DNA of 64,000 nucleotides from Dehalococcoidia bacterium (GCA_965262725.1 OZ253555.1:2208001-2272000); one strand, 5' to 3'. Shown: positions 26,390-37,200, counted from the stretch's first letter. Translations and numbers: made by a program. Notes: a model not told the origin generated them from the sequence alone.

Positions 26390-29122
26390 CTAGTCCTCGC
26401 CCAGCAGGCGAGCCCGCGCTGCCTCCGCGGCGGCCTCGAGCGCCGGCTCGATGGCGGCGGCGTCCCGGCCGCCGGCCTGCGCCATCCGGGGGCGTCCACC
26501 TCCGCCTCCGCCGGCGCGCGCCGCGGCGACCCGCACCAGCTCATCGGCGCGGAGTCCTCGCGAGACGGCGGCCTCCGTTGCTGCGGCGACGAAGATGGGG
26601 CGTCCACCCGCTTCGGCGGCGAGTGCGACGAAACCGACCTCCCCGAGGCGACCGCATACGGCCTCGGCCAGGGCGCGCAGCGCCTCCTGCGACTCCGACT
26701 CCACCCGCGCGACGACGAGGTGCGCGCCGTCTCGCTCCTCCGCCTCGGCGGCGAGCCGCGAGGCGATCTCGGCGCTCTCGCTGCGCGCCCGCTGCCTGGC
26801 CCGCCTCCGCTCCTCGGCGAGCTGCTCCTCGAGCGCCGCGACCCGCGCCCGGAGCTCCTCCGGTCGCGAGCGAAAGTGCTGGACGAGTTCCGCGACGATG
26901 TCGACGCGCTCCTCGAGATAGCGCTCGGCCTCGGGGCCGGTCAGCGCCTCGATGCGCCGCAGCCCGGAGCCGATGCTCGCGTCGCTCACGATCGCGAAGC
27001 TGCCGATGCGGCCCGTCGAGGGGAGGTGCGTCCCGCCGCAGAGCTCGCTGCTCCAGCAGCCGTGCTCGTGTCGTGCGTTGTGCACGTGCGGGTCGCAGTA
27101 CTCCACGACCCGCACGTCGGTTGCGTAGCGGTCCTCGAAGAAGGCGATGGCTCCGCGCTCGATCGCCTGCTCGTAGGGGAGCTCGAGGATCTGGCTCGGG
27201 ATGTCGTTGCGCACCCGCTCGTTGACCATCCGCTGCACCGCGCGCAGCGACTCGGGCTCGGGCGCCTCCGGCAGCGTGTAGTCGAAGCGCAGCCGATCGG
27301 GCGCCACGAGCGACCCGCTCTGCCGCACCTGCGTACCGAGCACCGAGCGGAGCGCCGAGTGCAAGAGGTGCGTCGCCGTGTGGTTGCGCTGGCAGCCCGC
27401 GCGCCATCCAGAGGCGACGATCGTTCTCGCCTGGTCCCCCACGGCGATCTCGCCCTCGAGCACCTCGCCGCGGTGCACGATCGCCTCGGCGAGGCGCTGG
27501 GTGTCGTCGACCCGGAAACGGGCCGTCCCCTCCGTCGCGTCCGCGACCGCGATCTCGCCGCGGTCGCCGACCTGGCCGCCGCCCTCGGGGTAGAAGCTCG
27601 TCGCGTCGAGCACGAGCTCGCCCCGCTCGCCGGAGCGGAGCCGATCGCGGGCGGCGCCACGGGCGCCGTCCTCCCCCCCGGCCTGAAGCCCGATCACGGC
27701 GCCGCGCCCCTCGGTCGTCTCGTAGCCGATGAAGCGCGACTGCAGGCCGAGCGCGGCGTAGCGCTGCTCGGAGTCGCAGATGGCGACGGCGCCCTCGCCG
27801 GCGGCGCGCGATCGCTCGCGCTGCGCCGCCATCTCCTCTTCGAAGCCCGCCTCGTCGATCCGAAGTCCCCGCGACGACGCCACCTCGCGGGTGAGCTCCG
27901 GGGGGAGCCCGTGCGTGTCGTAGAGGACGAACATCTCCCGGCCCGGCAGGAGCCGAGCGCCCGCGCCCTCCGGGGCGCGCTCGATCAGCTGCTCGAGGCG
28001 CTCGAGCCCGCGCGTGAGGGTCGAGCGGAAGCGCGCCTCCTCCGCCTCGACGATGCGCCGGATGAAGGCCGCCTGCTCGCCGAGCTCCGGGTAGGCGGCG
28101 CCGGCCGTCTCGATCGCGCGGGCGACGAGCGGCTCGAAGAGCTCCGCACCCGGCGCGATCGTGTGGCCGAAGTAGATCGCACGCCGGATCATGCGGCGCA
28201 GCACGTAGCCGCGCCCGTCGTTCCCCGGCAGCACGCCGTCGGAGACGAGGAAGGCTGCGGCGCGAGCGTGCTCGGTGATTGCGCGAAGCGCCCGCGCCCC
28301 CGCCGGATCGCCCTCCGCGTCGTAGGGGCGGCGGGTGAGGCGCTCCGCCTCCGCGAGGAGCCCCCTGAGCTCGTCGGTCTCGTAGACGGTCCTCACGCCG
28401 GCCAGCACCGCCGCCACGCGCTCGAGGCCGGCGCCGGTGTCGATGTTCTGCGCGGGGAGCGGCGTCCTCTCGCCGCTCTCGTCCTGGAAATAGGTCATGA
28501 AGACGAGGTTCCAGACCTCGAGGAAGCGCCCGCAGCCGACATCGGGGTGGCACTCTCCCGTGTCGCACGATGCGCAGCCCTCGGTCTCGCCCCAGTCGTA
28601 GTGGAGCTCCGAGCAGGGTCCGCACGGCCCCACGTCGCCCGAGTACCAGTAGTTCCCCTGCTCCGCGGTGTAGCGGAGGATCCGCTTCTCGGGGATCCCG
28701 CGCTCCCGCCACAGCGCGAACGCCTCGTCGTCGTCGGTGTAGACGGTCGCCCACAGCCGCGCGGCCGGGATCCCGAGCGCTGTGGTCATGAACTCCCAGG
28801 CCCACGCCACCGCGTCCTGCTTGAAGTAGTCGCCGACCGAGAAGTTGCCCAGCATCTCGAAGAAGGTGAGGTGGGACTCGTCGCCCACGTCCTCGACGTC
28901 GGTCGTGCGGAAGCACTTCTGGATCGAGGTCAGCCGGGGCGCCGGCGGTTCCTCCAGCCCCATGAAGTAGGGCCGCAGCTGCACCATCCCGGCGGTCGTG
29001 AAGAGCAGGGTCGGGTCGCCGTGCGGGATGAGCGAGGAGGAGGGGATGCGGCGGTGGCCGCGCGCCTCGAAGTAGCGGAGGAAGGCCCCCCTGAGGCCCT
29101 CAACGGTCGTCGGCGCCGGCAT
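26390..29122 (-). CDS. alaS: Alanine--tRNA ligase
   Basis: DPTLLFTTAGMV, HLTFFEMLGNFS, GPCGPCSE, IDTGAGLER, NHTATHLLH, ELCGGTH, GGGGRPRMAQAGG. Start ATG 29122. Confidence 0.97.
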   Translation of the reverse strand: MPAPTTVEGLRGAFLRYFEARGHRRIPSSSLIPHGDPTLLFTTAGMVQLRPYFMGLEEPPAPRLTSIQKCFRTTDVEDVGDESHLTFFEMLGNFSVGDYFKQDAVAWAWEFMTTALGIPAARLWATVYTDDDEAFALWRERGIPEKRILRYTAEQGNYWYSGDVGPCGPCSELHYDWGETEGCASCDTGECHPDVGCGRFLEVWNLVFMTYFQDESGERTPLPAQNIDTGAGLERVAAVLAGVRTVYETDELRGLLAEAERLTRRPYDAEGDPAGARALRAITEHARAAAFLVSDGVLPGNDGRGYVLRRMIRRAIYFGHTIAPGAELFEPLVARAIETAGAAYPELGEQAAFIRRIVEAEEARFRSTLTRGLERLEQLIERAPEGAGARLLPGREMFVLYDTHGLPPELTREVASSRGLRIDEAGFEEEMAAQRERSRAAGEGAVAICDSEQRYAALGLQSRFIGYETTEGRGAVIGLQAGGEDGARGAARDRLRSGERGELVLDATSFYPEGGGQVGDRGEIAVADATEGTARFRVDDTQRLAEAIVHRGEVLEGEIAVGDQARTIVASGWRAGCQRNHTATHLLHSALRSVLGTQVRQSGSLVAPDRLRFDYTLPEAPEPESLRAVQRMVNERVRNDIPSQILELPYEQAIERGAIAFFEDRYATDVRVVEYCDPHVHNARHEHGCWSSELCGGTHLPSTGRIGSFAIVSDASIGSGLRRIEALTGPEAERYLEERVDIVAELVQHFRSRPEELRARVAALEEQLAEERRRARQRARSESAEIASRLAAEAEERDGAHLVVARVESESQEALRALAEAVCGRLGEVGFVALAAEAGGRPIFVAAATEAAVSRGLRADELVRVAAARAGGGGGGRPRMAQAGGRDAAAIEPALEAAAEAARARLLGED

Positions 29123-29313
29123 CGAGCCACCCCCCGCAACACCGGCCCATTGTGGGGGAGAGCCACCGAAGCTGCACACGCGCCGACGCGCCTCCCGGCG
29201 CTCCGGAGTCGCCGGGAGGTGCGCACGATGTAGTATGAGCGGCCGCTCGCGGCGCAGGGAGAACCGCCGCGAGCGAGGCCTCGCGCGAGGCCTCGCGCCG
29301 AGAGGAGACCCCC

Positions 29314-30777
29314 CTGAGCGCCGACGCCGGGGGCGCACCGGGGCCTCCCCGCCCCGGGGGATCCGTCGACGAGTGGAGTGCCGTCGTGCTGGCGGCCGGG
29401 CGCGGGACGCGCATGCGCTCCGCCCGGCCCAAGGTGCTCCACCCGGTGGCCGGCCGCCCGATGGTGCAGCTCGTCTGCGACGCCGCGCAGGACGCCGGGC
29501 TTCAGCGCATCGTCGTCGTGGCATCGCCCGACGCGCGCGATCAGGTGGCCGAAGCGCTGTCCGAAGGCGGCGTAGCCGGCCCGGGCGCAGCCCGGCCGAC
29601 GATCGCCGAGCAGTCCGAGCAGCTCGGGACCGGCCACGCGGCGCTCTGCGCCAGGGAGGTGGCCGCGGGCGCCCGACACGTCCTCATCACCTACGGCGAC
29701 CTCCCCCTGCTGACCGCCCCGACGCTCGCGGAGCTGATGGAGCGCCACCTCTCGACCGGGGCTACCCTGACCTTCCTCACCGCGCGCCTCGACGACCCGA
29801 CCGGCTACGGCCGCGTCATGCGGGCCGGCGGCCGCGTGCGGGGAATCGTCGAGGAGAGCGAGACAGACGAGGCCACGCGCGGGGAGCACGAGGTCAACGC
29901 GGGCCTCTACGCGGCGCGCGCGGACTGGCTGTGGCCGACGCTCGCGGCGCTCACACCGGGGCCGCGCGGCGAGATCTACCTCACCGATCTCGTCGCCCGC
30001 GCGGTGTCGGAGGGGGTGGGCGTCGAAACGTCGGCCCTCGAGGATCCCTCCGAGGCGCAGCAGGTGAACACGCGTGTCGAGCTCGCCTCGGCCGAGCAGG
30101 CGCTCCGCGACCGCGTGAGGCGCCACCTCATGGAGTCGGGCGTCACGCTGGTGGATCCCGCATCGACCTTTGTCGATGTCGGCGTGGAGGTCGAGGCGGA
30201 CTGCACGATCCAGCCCGGCGTGCACCTCTCCGGCGCAACCCGCATCGGCGCGGGCACCGAGATCGGACCCCACGCCGTGCTGCGAGACATGCGAGTCGGT
30301 GAGCGCTGCCGCGTGGAGGGCGCGACGCTGCGCTCCTCGACGCTCGGTGACGAGGTCGAGGTGGGGCCCTACTGCGTCGTACGGCCGGGCTGCGTTCTCG
30401 CTGAGCGCGTGCACCTCGGCAGCTACGCCGAGCTCAAGAATGCGCAGGTCGGCGCTCGCTCGCAGATCGGTCACTTCTCGTACATCGGCGACAGCGTGGT
30501 CGGCTCCGGCGTGAACATCGGAGCCGGCGTCGTCACGGCGAACTACGATGGATCCCGCAAGCAGGTGACGCGGATCGGCGACGGTGCCTTCATCGGTAGC
30601 GACACGACGCTCGTCGCGCCTGTTACCGTCGGGGCCGGCGCGTACACCGGCGCCGGCGCGGTGGTTGTCCGCGACGTAGCGCCGGGTGAACGCGTGGCCG
30701 GCGTTCCGGCGCGCGTGCTGGGACGCCGCAGAAGCGGCGGGCGCGGGAAGCGCCCCGCCGAGGAGGAGGAGGTCTGA
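29314..30777 (+). CDS. glmU: Bifunctional UDP-GlcNAc pyrophosphorylase / glucosamine-1-P acetyltransferase
   Basis: AVVLAAGRGTRMRS..PKVLH, QLGTGHA, YGDLPLL, GEIYLTD, hexapeptide repeats, NIGAGVVTANYDG. Probable CTG start at 29314, 6 nt after AGGAG. Confidence 0.93.
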   Translation: MSADAGGAPGPPRPGGSVDEWSAVVLAAGRGTRMRSARPKVLHPVAGRPMVQLVCDAAQDAGLQRIVVVASPDARDQVAEALSEGGVAGPGAARPTIAEQSEQLGTGHAALCAREVAAGARHVLITYGDLPLLTAPTLAELMERHLSTGATLTFLTARLDDPTGYGRVMRAGGRVRGIVEESETDEATRGEHEVNAGLYAARADWLWPTLAALTPGPRGEIYLTDLVARAVSEGVGVETSALEDPSEAQQVNTRVELASAEQALRDRVRRHLMESGVTLVDPASTFVDVGVEVEADCTIQPGVHLSGATRIGAGTEIGPHAVLRDMRVGERCRVEGATLRSSTLGDEVEVGPYCVVRPGCVLAERVHLGSYAELKNAQVGARSQIGHFSYIGDSVVGSGVNIGAGVVTANYDGSRKQVTRIGDGAFIGSDTTLVAPVTVGAGAYTGAGAVVVRDVAPGERVAGVPARVLGRRRSGGRGKRPAEEEEV

Positions 30778-30816
30778 GGCCGACCGGCGGCTCATCCCGC
30801 CGGGCGGTAACCGGTT

Positions 30817-32115
30817 TTGGATACGAGATCGCTGCTGGCTATCCTCCTCCTCGTCCTCGCCGGCGTGGTGCTGGCCGTGGTGGCAGCGTCCGAGGCCTCC
30901 GTCTCGGCGCTCGGGCGTCTTCGCTCGCGCCCATCCGACGACAACGACCTGCACGCCCGCCTGCGCGGCTACGTGCGCCAGCGCCACCGCATCCTGCGAT
31001 CGCTCTCCGCGGCAAGCAGCGTGGGGATCGTGATCGTCACCACCGCCATCACCGTGCTCGTGCTCGGCGGCTCCCGGCTCGACGGTGCCGAGATGCTGGG
31101 AGTGGTCGTGCTCGCCGCAGCCAGCGCCGTCGTCCTCCGGCAGAGCGCGCGGATGTTCGCGCTCCAGGGACCGGAGGCGGCGGCTCTCCGCCTCGCCGGC
31201 CTCATCCGGCTCATCGACCTCGTCTTCGGCGCCGTGGCGTGGGGCGGCTCGCTTCCCGCGCGGCTCGTGCTCAGGCTCATCGGCCGCGATCCCGAGCGCG
31301 GCGATCCCACGCCGGCGCAGGAGCTCCTGGACCTGCTCGAGCTGGAGGAAGAGTCGGACGCGCTCGCCGAGGAGCGCCGCATGATGCGAGGCATCCTCGA
31401 GATGGGCGAGCAAAGCGTGCGCGAGATTATGTCAGCTCGCACCGACCTCACGGCGGTCTCGACGGATGCATCCATCGGGGACGCGATGCGGTTGGTCTCG
31501 GACACGGGATTCAGCCGCATCCCGCTCTATGAGGAGGACATCGACCACATCGTTGGCGTGGTCTACGCGAAAGATCTGATTGCCTACCTCCAGCGGGGCG
31601 ACGTGGCGCCGGCCCTGCGCGACGTGGCGCGCCCACCGTACTTCGTGCCCGAGACGAAGCGCGCGAACGAGCTCCTCGCCGACCTCAGGCGCGAGCAGGT
31701 GCACATGGCGATAGCGGTCGACGAATACGGCGGAACGGCGGGCGTGGTCACGGTCGAGGACCTGGTGGAGGAGATCGTCGGCGAGATCTCGGACGAGCAC
31801 GACACCGACGAAATCGAGGTCGAGCGCACCTCGGACCACGAGGCCCTGGTCGACGCGCGGCTCTCGATCGACGATCTCAACGAGCTCTTCGGGACCGAGA
31901 TCGAGCTCGAGGACGTCGACTCGGTGGGCGGCCTCGTAGTCTCGCGACTGGGCCGGCTCGCGGTTCCGGGAGATCAGGTCGCGACCGACGACGCCGCCCT
32001 TGAGCTGCAGGTGCTCTCGATCCTGGGCCGGCGTATCAAGCAGGTGCGCGTGACGCGCGCTCAGCGGACGGGCGAGCACGCCGGCGCCGGCGAGTCCGGA
32101 GCGGCCGAGCGCTGA
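30817..32115 (+). CDS. CNNM/CBS/CorC-domain (hemolysin-family) membrane protein
   Basis: N-terminal TM helices, [41 protein letters not shown]. Confidence 0.9.
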   Translation: MDTRSLLAILLLVLAGVVLAVVAASEASVSALGRLRSRPSDDNDLHARLRGYVRQRHRILRSLSAASSVGIVIVTTAITVLVLGGSRLDGAEMLGVVVLAAASAVVLRQSARMFALQGPEAAALRLAGLIRLIDLVFGAVAWGGSLPARLVLRLIGRDPERGDPTPAQELLDLLELEEESDALAEERRMMRGILEMGEQSVREIMSARTDLTAVSTDASIGDAMRLVSDTGFSRIPLYEEDIDHIVGVVYAKDLIAYLQRGDVAPALRDVARPPYFVPETKRANELLADLRREQVHMAIAVDEYGGTAGVVTVEDLVEEIVGEISDEHDTDEIEVERTSDHEALVDARLSIDDLNELFGTEIELEDVDSVGGLVVSRLGRLAVPGDQVATDDAALELQVLSILGRRIKQVRVTRAQRTGEHAGAGESGAAER

Positions 32116-32275
32116 TCGCCGCGCGGCCGGCGTCCCGGCCGCCCCGCGCCCGGGACGCCCGATCTCCCCGGAGCAGGGTTCGCGCCGCGCCTCGACTGAG
32201 CAACGTTGCGCATTCGGGCTCCGGGGCCAAATGTAGGAACGACGCACGGGGGCATGCGGGAGAGGCGCAGGGCGC

Positions 32276-35188
32276 GTGAGTGAAGAAGCGGCCCAGGAGC
32301 AGTCGAGCACGCCGGCTGGCGGGAGCCGCCGACGTTCCGCCGCGCGCGCCGCGGGCTCGGGGACACGCCTCGTGATCGTGGAGTCGCCTACGAAGGCACG
32401 CACGGTCGGGGGCTTCCTTGGCCCGGGCTACGTCGTCGAGTCCTCGGTCGGCCACATCCGTGACCTCCCATCGGAGGCGGCCCAGGTGCCGGAGGGTGTG
32501 ACCGGCGAGGCGAGGCGGCTCGGCGTCGACGTCGAGAACGAGTTCGCGCCGGTCTATGTCATCCCCCCCGGCAAGAGGCAGCAGGTCGCGAAGCTCCGGA
32601 GGCTCCTGCGCGACGCTGACGAGCTCTACCTCGCGACCGACGAGGACCGCGAGGGCGAATCGATTGCGTGGCACCTGCGCGAGGTACTGAAGCCGCGCGT
32701 GCCCGTGCGTCGCATGGTCTTCCACGAGATCACGCGCCCGGCCATCGAGGAGGCACTGGGCTCGCCACGTCAAGTCGACGAGGAGCTGGTCGAGGCACAG
32801 GAGGCGCGCCGCATCCTGGACCGCCTCGTCGGCTGGGAGATCTCGCCCCTGCTCTGGAAGAAGGTGCGCCGGGGTCTCTCCGCCGGACGCGTGCAGTCGG
32901 TCGCGACGCGCATCACAGTCGACCGCGAGCGCGAGCGGATGCGCTTCGTCCGCGGCAGCTACTGGGGCGTCGAGGCGTCGCTCGCACCCCGGGAGGAGCC
33001 GGAGGCGGGGGCGCCGCGCACCGTGCTCTCCCGTCTCGTGGAGATCGGGGGGCGCCGCGTGGCGGTGGGCCGCGACTTCGACGCGGCGACCGGGCGGCTC
33101 GCTCCCGGTGCCGCGATCACGCTCCTCGACGGCGAGCGCGCGAGCGCGCTGTCCGCATGGCTCAAGCAGGGTGATCGCCCCGGGAGCGTGCCGGGCCCCC
33201 GCCTGCGGGTGGTCGACGCCTCCAATCCCCCCCGCGGCGCCTCACTTCGCGTCGCCACGGTGGCCGAGCGCCCCTACACGCAGCGCCCGCCCGCTCCCTT
33301 CGTCACGTCGACGCTCCAGCAGGAGGCCTCGCGGAAGCTCCGTTTCACGGCGCAGCGCACGATGCACGCCGCGCAGCAGCTCTACGAGAACGGCTACATC
33401 ACGTACATGCGCACGGATTCGACGCAGCTCTCGGATGAGGCGACCACCGGCCTGAGACGGCAGATCGGCCAGCTCTACGGCGAGGAGTACCTCCCGGACC
33501 GCCCGCGTCGCTACCAGGGCGGCGCCCGCCGCGCGCAGGAGGCCCACGAGGCGATCCGGCCTGCCGGGGAGATCCTGCGCACGCCGGAGGGCCTCGCGCG
33601 CGAGCTGTCGGCGCTCGGCCGGGATGCACGGGCGCTCTACGAGCTGGTGTGGAAGCGCTCCGTCGCCTCGCAGATGCGGGACGCGCGGGGCGTGCGCACG
33701 CGGGTGCGCCTGGAGGGGGAGGCGCCGGCGCCGTCCGGCGGAGCCGATGCACTGGTGTTCAACGCCTCGGGGAAGGTGATCCGCTTCCCGGGCTTCCTGC
33801 GCGCCTACGTGGAGGGCTCCGACGACCCGGAGGCCGAGCTCGAGGACCAGGAGCGGCTGCTGCCCCCACTCGCCGTGGGGCAGATCCTCGACGTGATCGA
33901 GGCAGAGGCGGCGGGTCACGAGACGCAGCCGCCCGCCCGCTACACTGAGGCGAGCCTTGTGCGCGAGCTCGAGGAGCGAGGCATCGGCCGCCCCTCCACC
34001 TACGCCTCGATCCTGCAGACCATCGAGGAGCGGGGCTACGTGCGGAGGCGCGGCACGCAGCTCGTCCCGACCTTCACGGCCTTCGCGGTCGTGCAGTTGC
34101 TCGAGCGCCACTTCGCCGAGCTGGTCGACCTCGAGTTCACCGCGCGCATGGAAGACGATCTCGACGCCGTCGCCGATGGGCGGCTCGACAGCGGGCCGTG
34201 GCTGCGCGCCCTGTACTACGGCCGGCCCCGGGGCGAGCTGAAGGGTGCAGAGAGCGCCGGTGGTGAGGGGACCTCTCTCTCCGAGGTCGGTCTGAAGGAA
34301 GCGATCGAGCGCGGCCTAGAGGCGATCGATGCGCGCGCCGTCTCCACGATCCCGCTCGGCGAGGACGACCAGGGTCGAGCGCTCTCGGTCCGCGTTGGCC
34401 GCTACGGCCCCTTCGTCGAGGCGGCCGGCGAGAACCTGCGCGCCGACGTCCCGGAGGACCTCGCACCCGACGAACTGACAGTGGAGCGGGCGAGCGAGCT
34501 GCTCGCCGCCAAGCCCGGAGCGGAGGCGCTCCTCGGCGTCGATTCCGAGAGCGGCGAGCCCGTCTACCTCCGGAGCGGTCGCTACGGGCCCTACGTCCAG
34601 ATCGGCGAGGATCCCGAGCGCGATGCGAAGGGGAGGATCCCCCGGAAGGCGGCGAAGCCGCGGCGCGCGAGCCTCTGGAAGGGGATGGTCCCGGAGATGC
34701 TGACGCTCGCGGAGGCGCGGGAGTTGCTCTCGTTCCCGAAGACCCTCGGGCATCACCCGGAGAGCGGCGCGCCCGTCATCGCCCTGGACGGCCCTCGTGG
34801 CCCCTACATCCGCGCCGGCGAGGAGAGCCGTAGTCTCAGGGACCACGACCACCTCCGTGAGATCACGCTGGAGGAGGCGCTCGCCATCCTCGGCGAGCCA
34901 CGGCGCGGCGGCCTGCGCGGGCGGCAGGGACCGCTCGCGGAACTCGGCGCCCACCCGGAGAGCGGCGCGCCGGTCGTCGTACGCGACGGTCGCTTCGGCC
35001 CCTACGTCACGGACGGCACTGTCAACGCTTCCCTGCCCCGCGGCACGGATCCCGCCTCGATCGATCTCGATACGGCCGTGGTGCTCCTGACCGCGCGCGA
35101 GCAGCGCATCCGCGCGGAGGGCGGCGAGCCGGGGAAACGCCCGCGGGCTCGAGGCGGCCGGCGGGCAGGCGGGGGCCGAAGCGGTTAG
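32276..35188 (+). CDS. topA: DNA topoisomerase I with C-terminal Toprim_C-type repeats
   Basis: LVIVESPTKA, ATDEDREGE, SAGRVQS, GYITYMRTDS, GIGRPSTYA, repeated GRYGPY/GRFGPY motifs. Confidence 0.96.
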   Translation: MSEEAAQEQSSTPAGGSRRRSAARAAGSGTRLVIVESPTKARTVGGFLGPGYVVESSVGHIRDLPSEAAQVPEGVTGEARRLGVDVENEFAPVYVIPPGKRQQVAKLRRLLRDADELYLATDEDREGESIAWHLREVLKPRVPVRRMVFHEITRPAIEEALGSPRQVDEELVEAQEARRILDRLVGWEISPLLWKKVRRGLSAGRVQSVATRITVDRERERMRFVRGSYWGVEASLAPREEPEAGAPRTVLSRLVEIGGRRVAVGRDFDAATGRLAPGAAITLLDGERASALSAWLKQGDRPGSVPGPRLRVVDASNPPRGASLRVATVAERPYTQRPPAPFVTSTLQQEASRKLRFTAQRTMHAAQQLYENGYITYMRTDSTQLSDEATTGLRRQIGQLYGEEYLPDRPRRYQGGARRAQEAHEAIRPAGEILRTPEGLARELSALGRDARALYELVWKRSVASQMRDARGVRTRVRLEGEAPAPSGGADALVFNASGKVIRFPGFLRAYVEGSDDPEAELEDQERLLPPLAVGQILDVIEAEAAGHETQPPARYTEASLVRELEERGIGRPSTYASILQTIEERGYVRRRGTQLVPTFTAFAVVQLLERHFAELVDLEFTARMEDDLDAVADGRLDSGPWLRALYYGRPRGELKGAESAGGEGTSLSEVGLKEAIERGLEAIDARAVSTIPLGEDDQGRALSVRVGRYGPFVEAAGENLRADVPEDLAPDELTVERASELLAAKPGAEALLGVDSESGEPVYLRSGRYGPYVQIGEDPERDAKGRIPRKAAKPRRASLWKGMVPEMLTLAEARELLSFPKTLGHHPESGAPVIALDGPRGPYIRAGEESRSLRDHDHLREITLEEALAILGEPRRGGLRGRQGPLAELGAHPESGAPVVVRDGRFGPYVTDGTVNASLPRGTDPASIDLDTAVVLLTAREQRIRAEGGEPGKRPRARGGRRAGGGRSG

Positions 35189-35191
35189 GAC

Positions 35192-35370
35192 CCCGGGACT
35201 ACATCTCCCACGGCTCCACGCTCACACGCAGGACTGGCGCCGTCACACCGAGCAGAGGCGCCCGACCCGCCGGCCGATCGGAGCCGCACCTGCCCTGAGG
35301 GACTGGTTCGAATGCGCCGCGCGCCGCGTGACCTCGTCGGGCACGTGCGGCCGGTGGGCGAGTTCCCGGG
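35192..35370 (+). ncRNA. Putative 6S-RNA-like long hairpin (strand uncertain)
   Basis: 179-nt intergenic rod with nested complementary blocks CCCGGGA/TCCCGGG, CCCAC/GTGGG, CACG/CGTG, an asymmetric internal bubble, then GTCAC/GTGAC and GGCGC/GCGCC. Confidence 0.45.
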
Positions 35371-35527
35371 CGTGAGGCGGGTCTCCCCCGATACGCCGTG
35401 AGCCCCGACCGAGTGGTGCCGCCGCCCGTCGCGCCTGCGAACGGCCGCCCGTCGCACGCTCCCTCCCGGTGCATCGGACGCGGTGATACGCTGGGAGGAG
35501 CGGGGTGGTGCAGGGGTCCTCTCGTCC

Positions 35528-36610
35528 ATGCCGTCCCAATCTGCGGGAAGCACTGCTCGCTCCGATCTCCGCGACCCGCATGAGGCGCTTGTACGCTACC
35601 TCGATGATCTGCGCTCCGTCCGCCGCCGATCCCCGCACACGCTCCGCAACTACCGCTCGGACATCGGTGGGTTCCTCGCCTACCTCGAGAGCGAGGGCGT
35701 GGGCTTCCTGGAGGCGGGGCGCAGCCACGGCCGCGGATACCTCGCCCTCCTGAGGGAACGCGAGATCGCTCCCGCTTCCGTCAAGCGCTGCGCCTCGACG
35801 ATTCGCAGCTTCTACGGCTGGCTCGACACGCACGATGTTCCGCTCGGCGCGCGCCGTGGCGACTCGATACTCCGGCTGCGCCACCCGAAGGCGCCGTCCA
35901 GACTTCCGCGCTTCCTCTCGGAGGAGGAGGCGGCTGCGCTGCTCGATGCACCGACCACGCGAGGGCCCAGCGCCGCATCCAAGGGGGAGGAGGGGGGTGA
36001 CGACGCGGAGTCCCTGCGCGACCACGCGATCCTGGAGCTGCTCTACGGCGCCGGGCTACGCGTGGCGGAGCTGGTGGGCTGCGATGTCCGGGATGTCGAC
36101 CTGGCGCAGCAGCACGTACGGGTCACCGGGAAGGGCGACCGCCCGCGCGTCGCGCTCTACGGCGCCCCCGCCCGCGCCGCGCTCGCCGGCTACCTGGAGA
36201 GGGGGCGGCCCGTGCTCGCCACCGGCGCGGAGCCGGCTCTCTTCCTCTCACGCACGGGCCGCCGGCTCTCGACTCGCTCGGTCCAGCGCATCGTGCGCCG
36301 CGCCGGGCTCAACGCCGGGATCGCCGCACGCGTGCACCCGCACCTCCTGCGCCACACGTTCGCGACGCACATGCTCGACAACGCGGCGGACCTGCGCGTC
36401 GTCCAGCACCTGCTCGGGCACTCGTCGCCCGACACGACGCAGGTCTACACGGCCGTCTCCCAGCGCGGGCAGGCATCGCTCGTGACCACCGCGCTCGCGC
36501 GAGCCCGCGAGCGCTCGACTCAGCGCGTGGGGCCCTCGCCCGCGCACGTCGGGGAGGAGAGCGCTGCCGAGGCGTCCGGCGGCGAGCCGAGAGCGGCCGC
36601 CGCCGACTGA
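35528..36610 (+). CDS. xerC: XerC/XerD-family tyrosine recombinase
   Basis: SPHTLRNYRSD, LLYGAGLRVAEL, GKGDRPR, HPHLLRHTFATH, LLGHSS..TTQVY; located after topA. Confidence 0.85.
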   Translation: MPSQSAGSTARSDLRDPHEALVRYLDDLRSVRRRSPHTLRNYRSDIGGFLAYLESEGVGFLEAGRSHGRGYLALLREREIAPASVKRCASTIRSFYGWLDTHDVPLGARRGDSILRLRHPKAPSRLPRFLSEEEAAALLDAPTTRGPSAASKGEEGGDDAESLRDHAILELLYGAGLRVAELVGCDVRDVDLAQQHVRVTGKGDRPRVALYGAPARAALAGYLERGRPVLATGAEPALFLSRTGRRLSTRSVQRIVRRAGLNAGIAARVHPHLLRHTFATHMLDNAADLRVVQHLLGHSSPDTTQVYTAVSQRGQASLVTTALARARERSTQRVGPSPAHVGEESAAEASGGEPRAAAAD

Positions 36611-36735
36611 ACGCCGGTCGCGCGCAGGCCGCTGGCACGTGCCGCACCCCGACCTCCCCGCGCTGCGGCCGGTAGAATCTGGAGGCTGCCCGGCACCGCG
36701 ACGCGGTGCGGGCCGACGGGAAGAGGTGGAGGCGG

Positions 36736-37200
36736 ATGCGCGTGCTCGTGCTGAACGGACCGAACCTGAACCTGCTCGGCAGTCGCGAGCCGCAGATCTA
36801 CGGCTCGGAGAGCCTCGACGATATCGAGGCCATCCTCCGCGATCGCGCGAATCAGCTCGGCATCGAGATCGACTGCGTGCAGTCCAATCACGAGGGCGCC
36901 CTGATCGACGCCATCCACGAGCACCGGGACTGGGACGGCGTCATCATCAATCCCGGCGCGCTCACCCACACGTCGATCGCGCTCGCCGACGCCCTCTCCG
37001 CGACCGGGCTCGCCGCGATCGAGGTGCATGTCTCCAACGTGCACGCGCGCGAGCGGTTCCGGCGTCACTCCTACATCGCCCCCGTGGCGTGGGGGCAGAT
37101 CACGGGATTCGGCTTCCGGGGCTACCGGGCGGCCCTGCACCTCCTCCACCAGCGGTGGACGGAGATGCAGGAGGAAGGCGAGGCGGAGAGCACCGCGTGA
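36736..37200 (+). CDS. aroQ: Type II 3-dehydroquinate dehydratase
   Basis: LNGPNLNLLGSREPQIYG, QSNHEG, INPGALTHTS, EVHVSNVHARE. Confidence 0.96.
   Translation: MRVLVLNGPNLNLLGSREPQIYGSESLDDIEAILRDRANQLGIEIDCVQSNHEGALIDAIHEHRDWDGVIINPGALTHTSIALADALSATGLAAIEVHVSNVHARERFRRHSYIAPVAWGQITGFGFRGYRAALHLLHQRWTEMQEEGEAESTA

Noticed and set aside
35296-35315. GAGGGACTGG as a SAM-I riboswitch core
   Set aside because: The other SAM-I elements (ATC..GAG, GCAACC, GTGC..ATTCC) are missing and the downstream gene is unrelated.
35528-36610. Tyrosine recombinase as a prophage or island integrase
   Set aside because: XerC/D-like size and motifs, core context after topA, no att sites or cargo genes.
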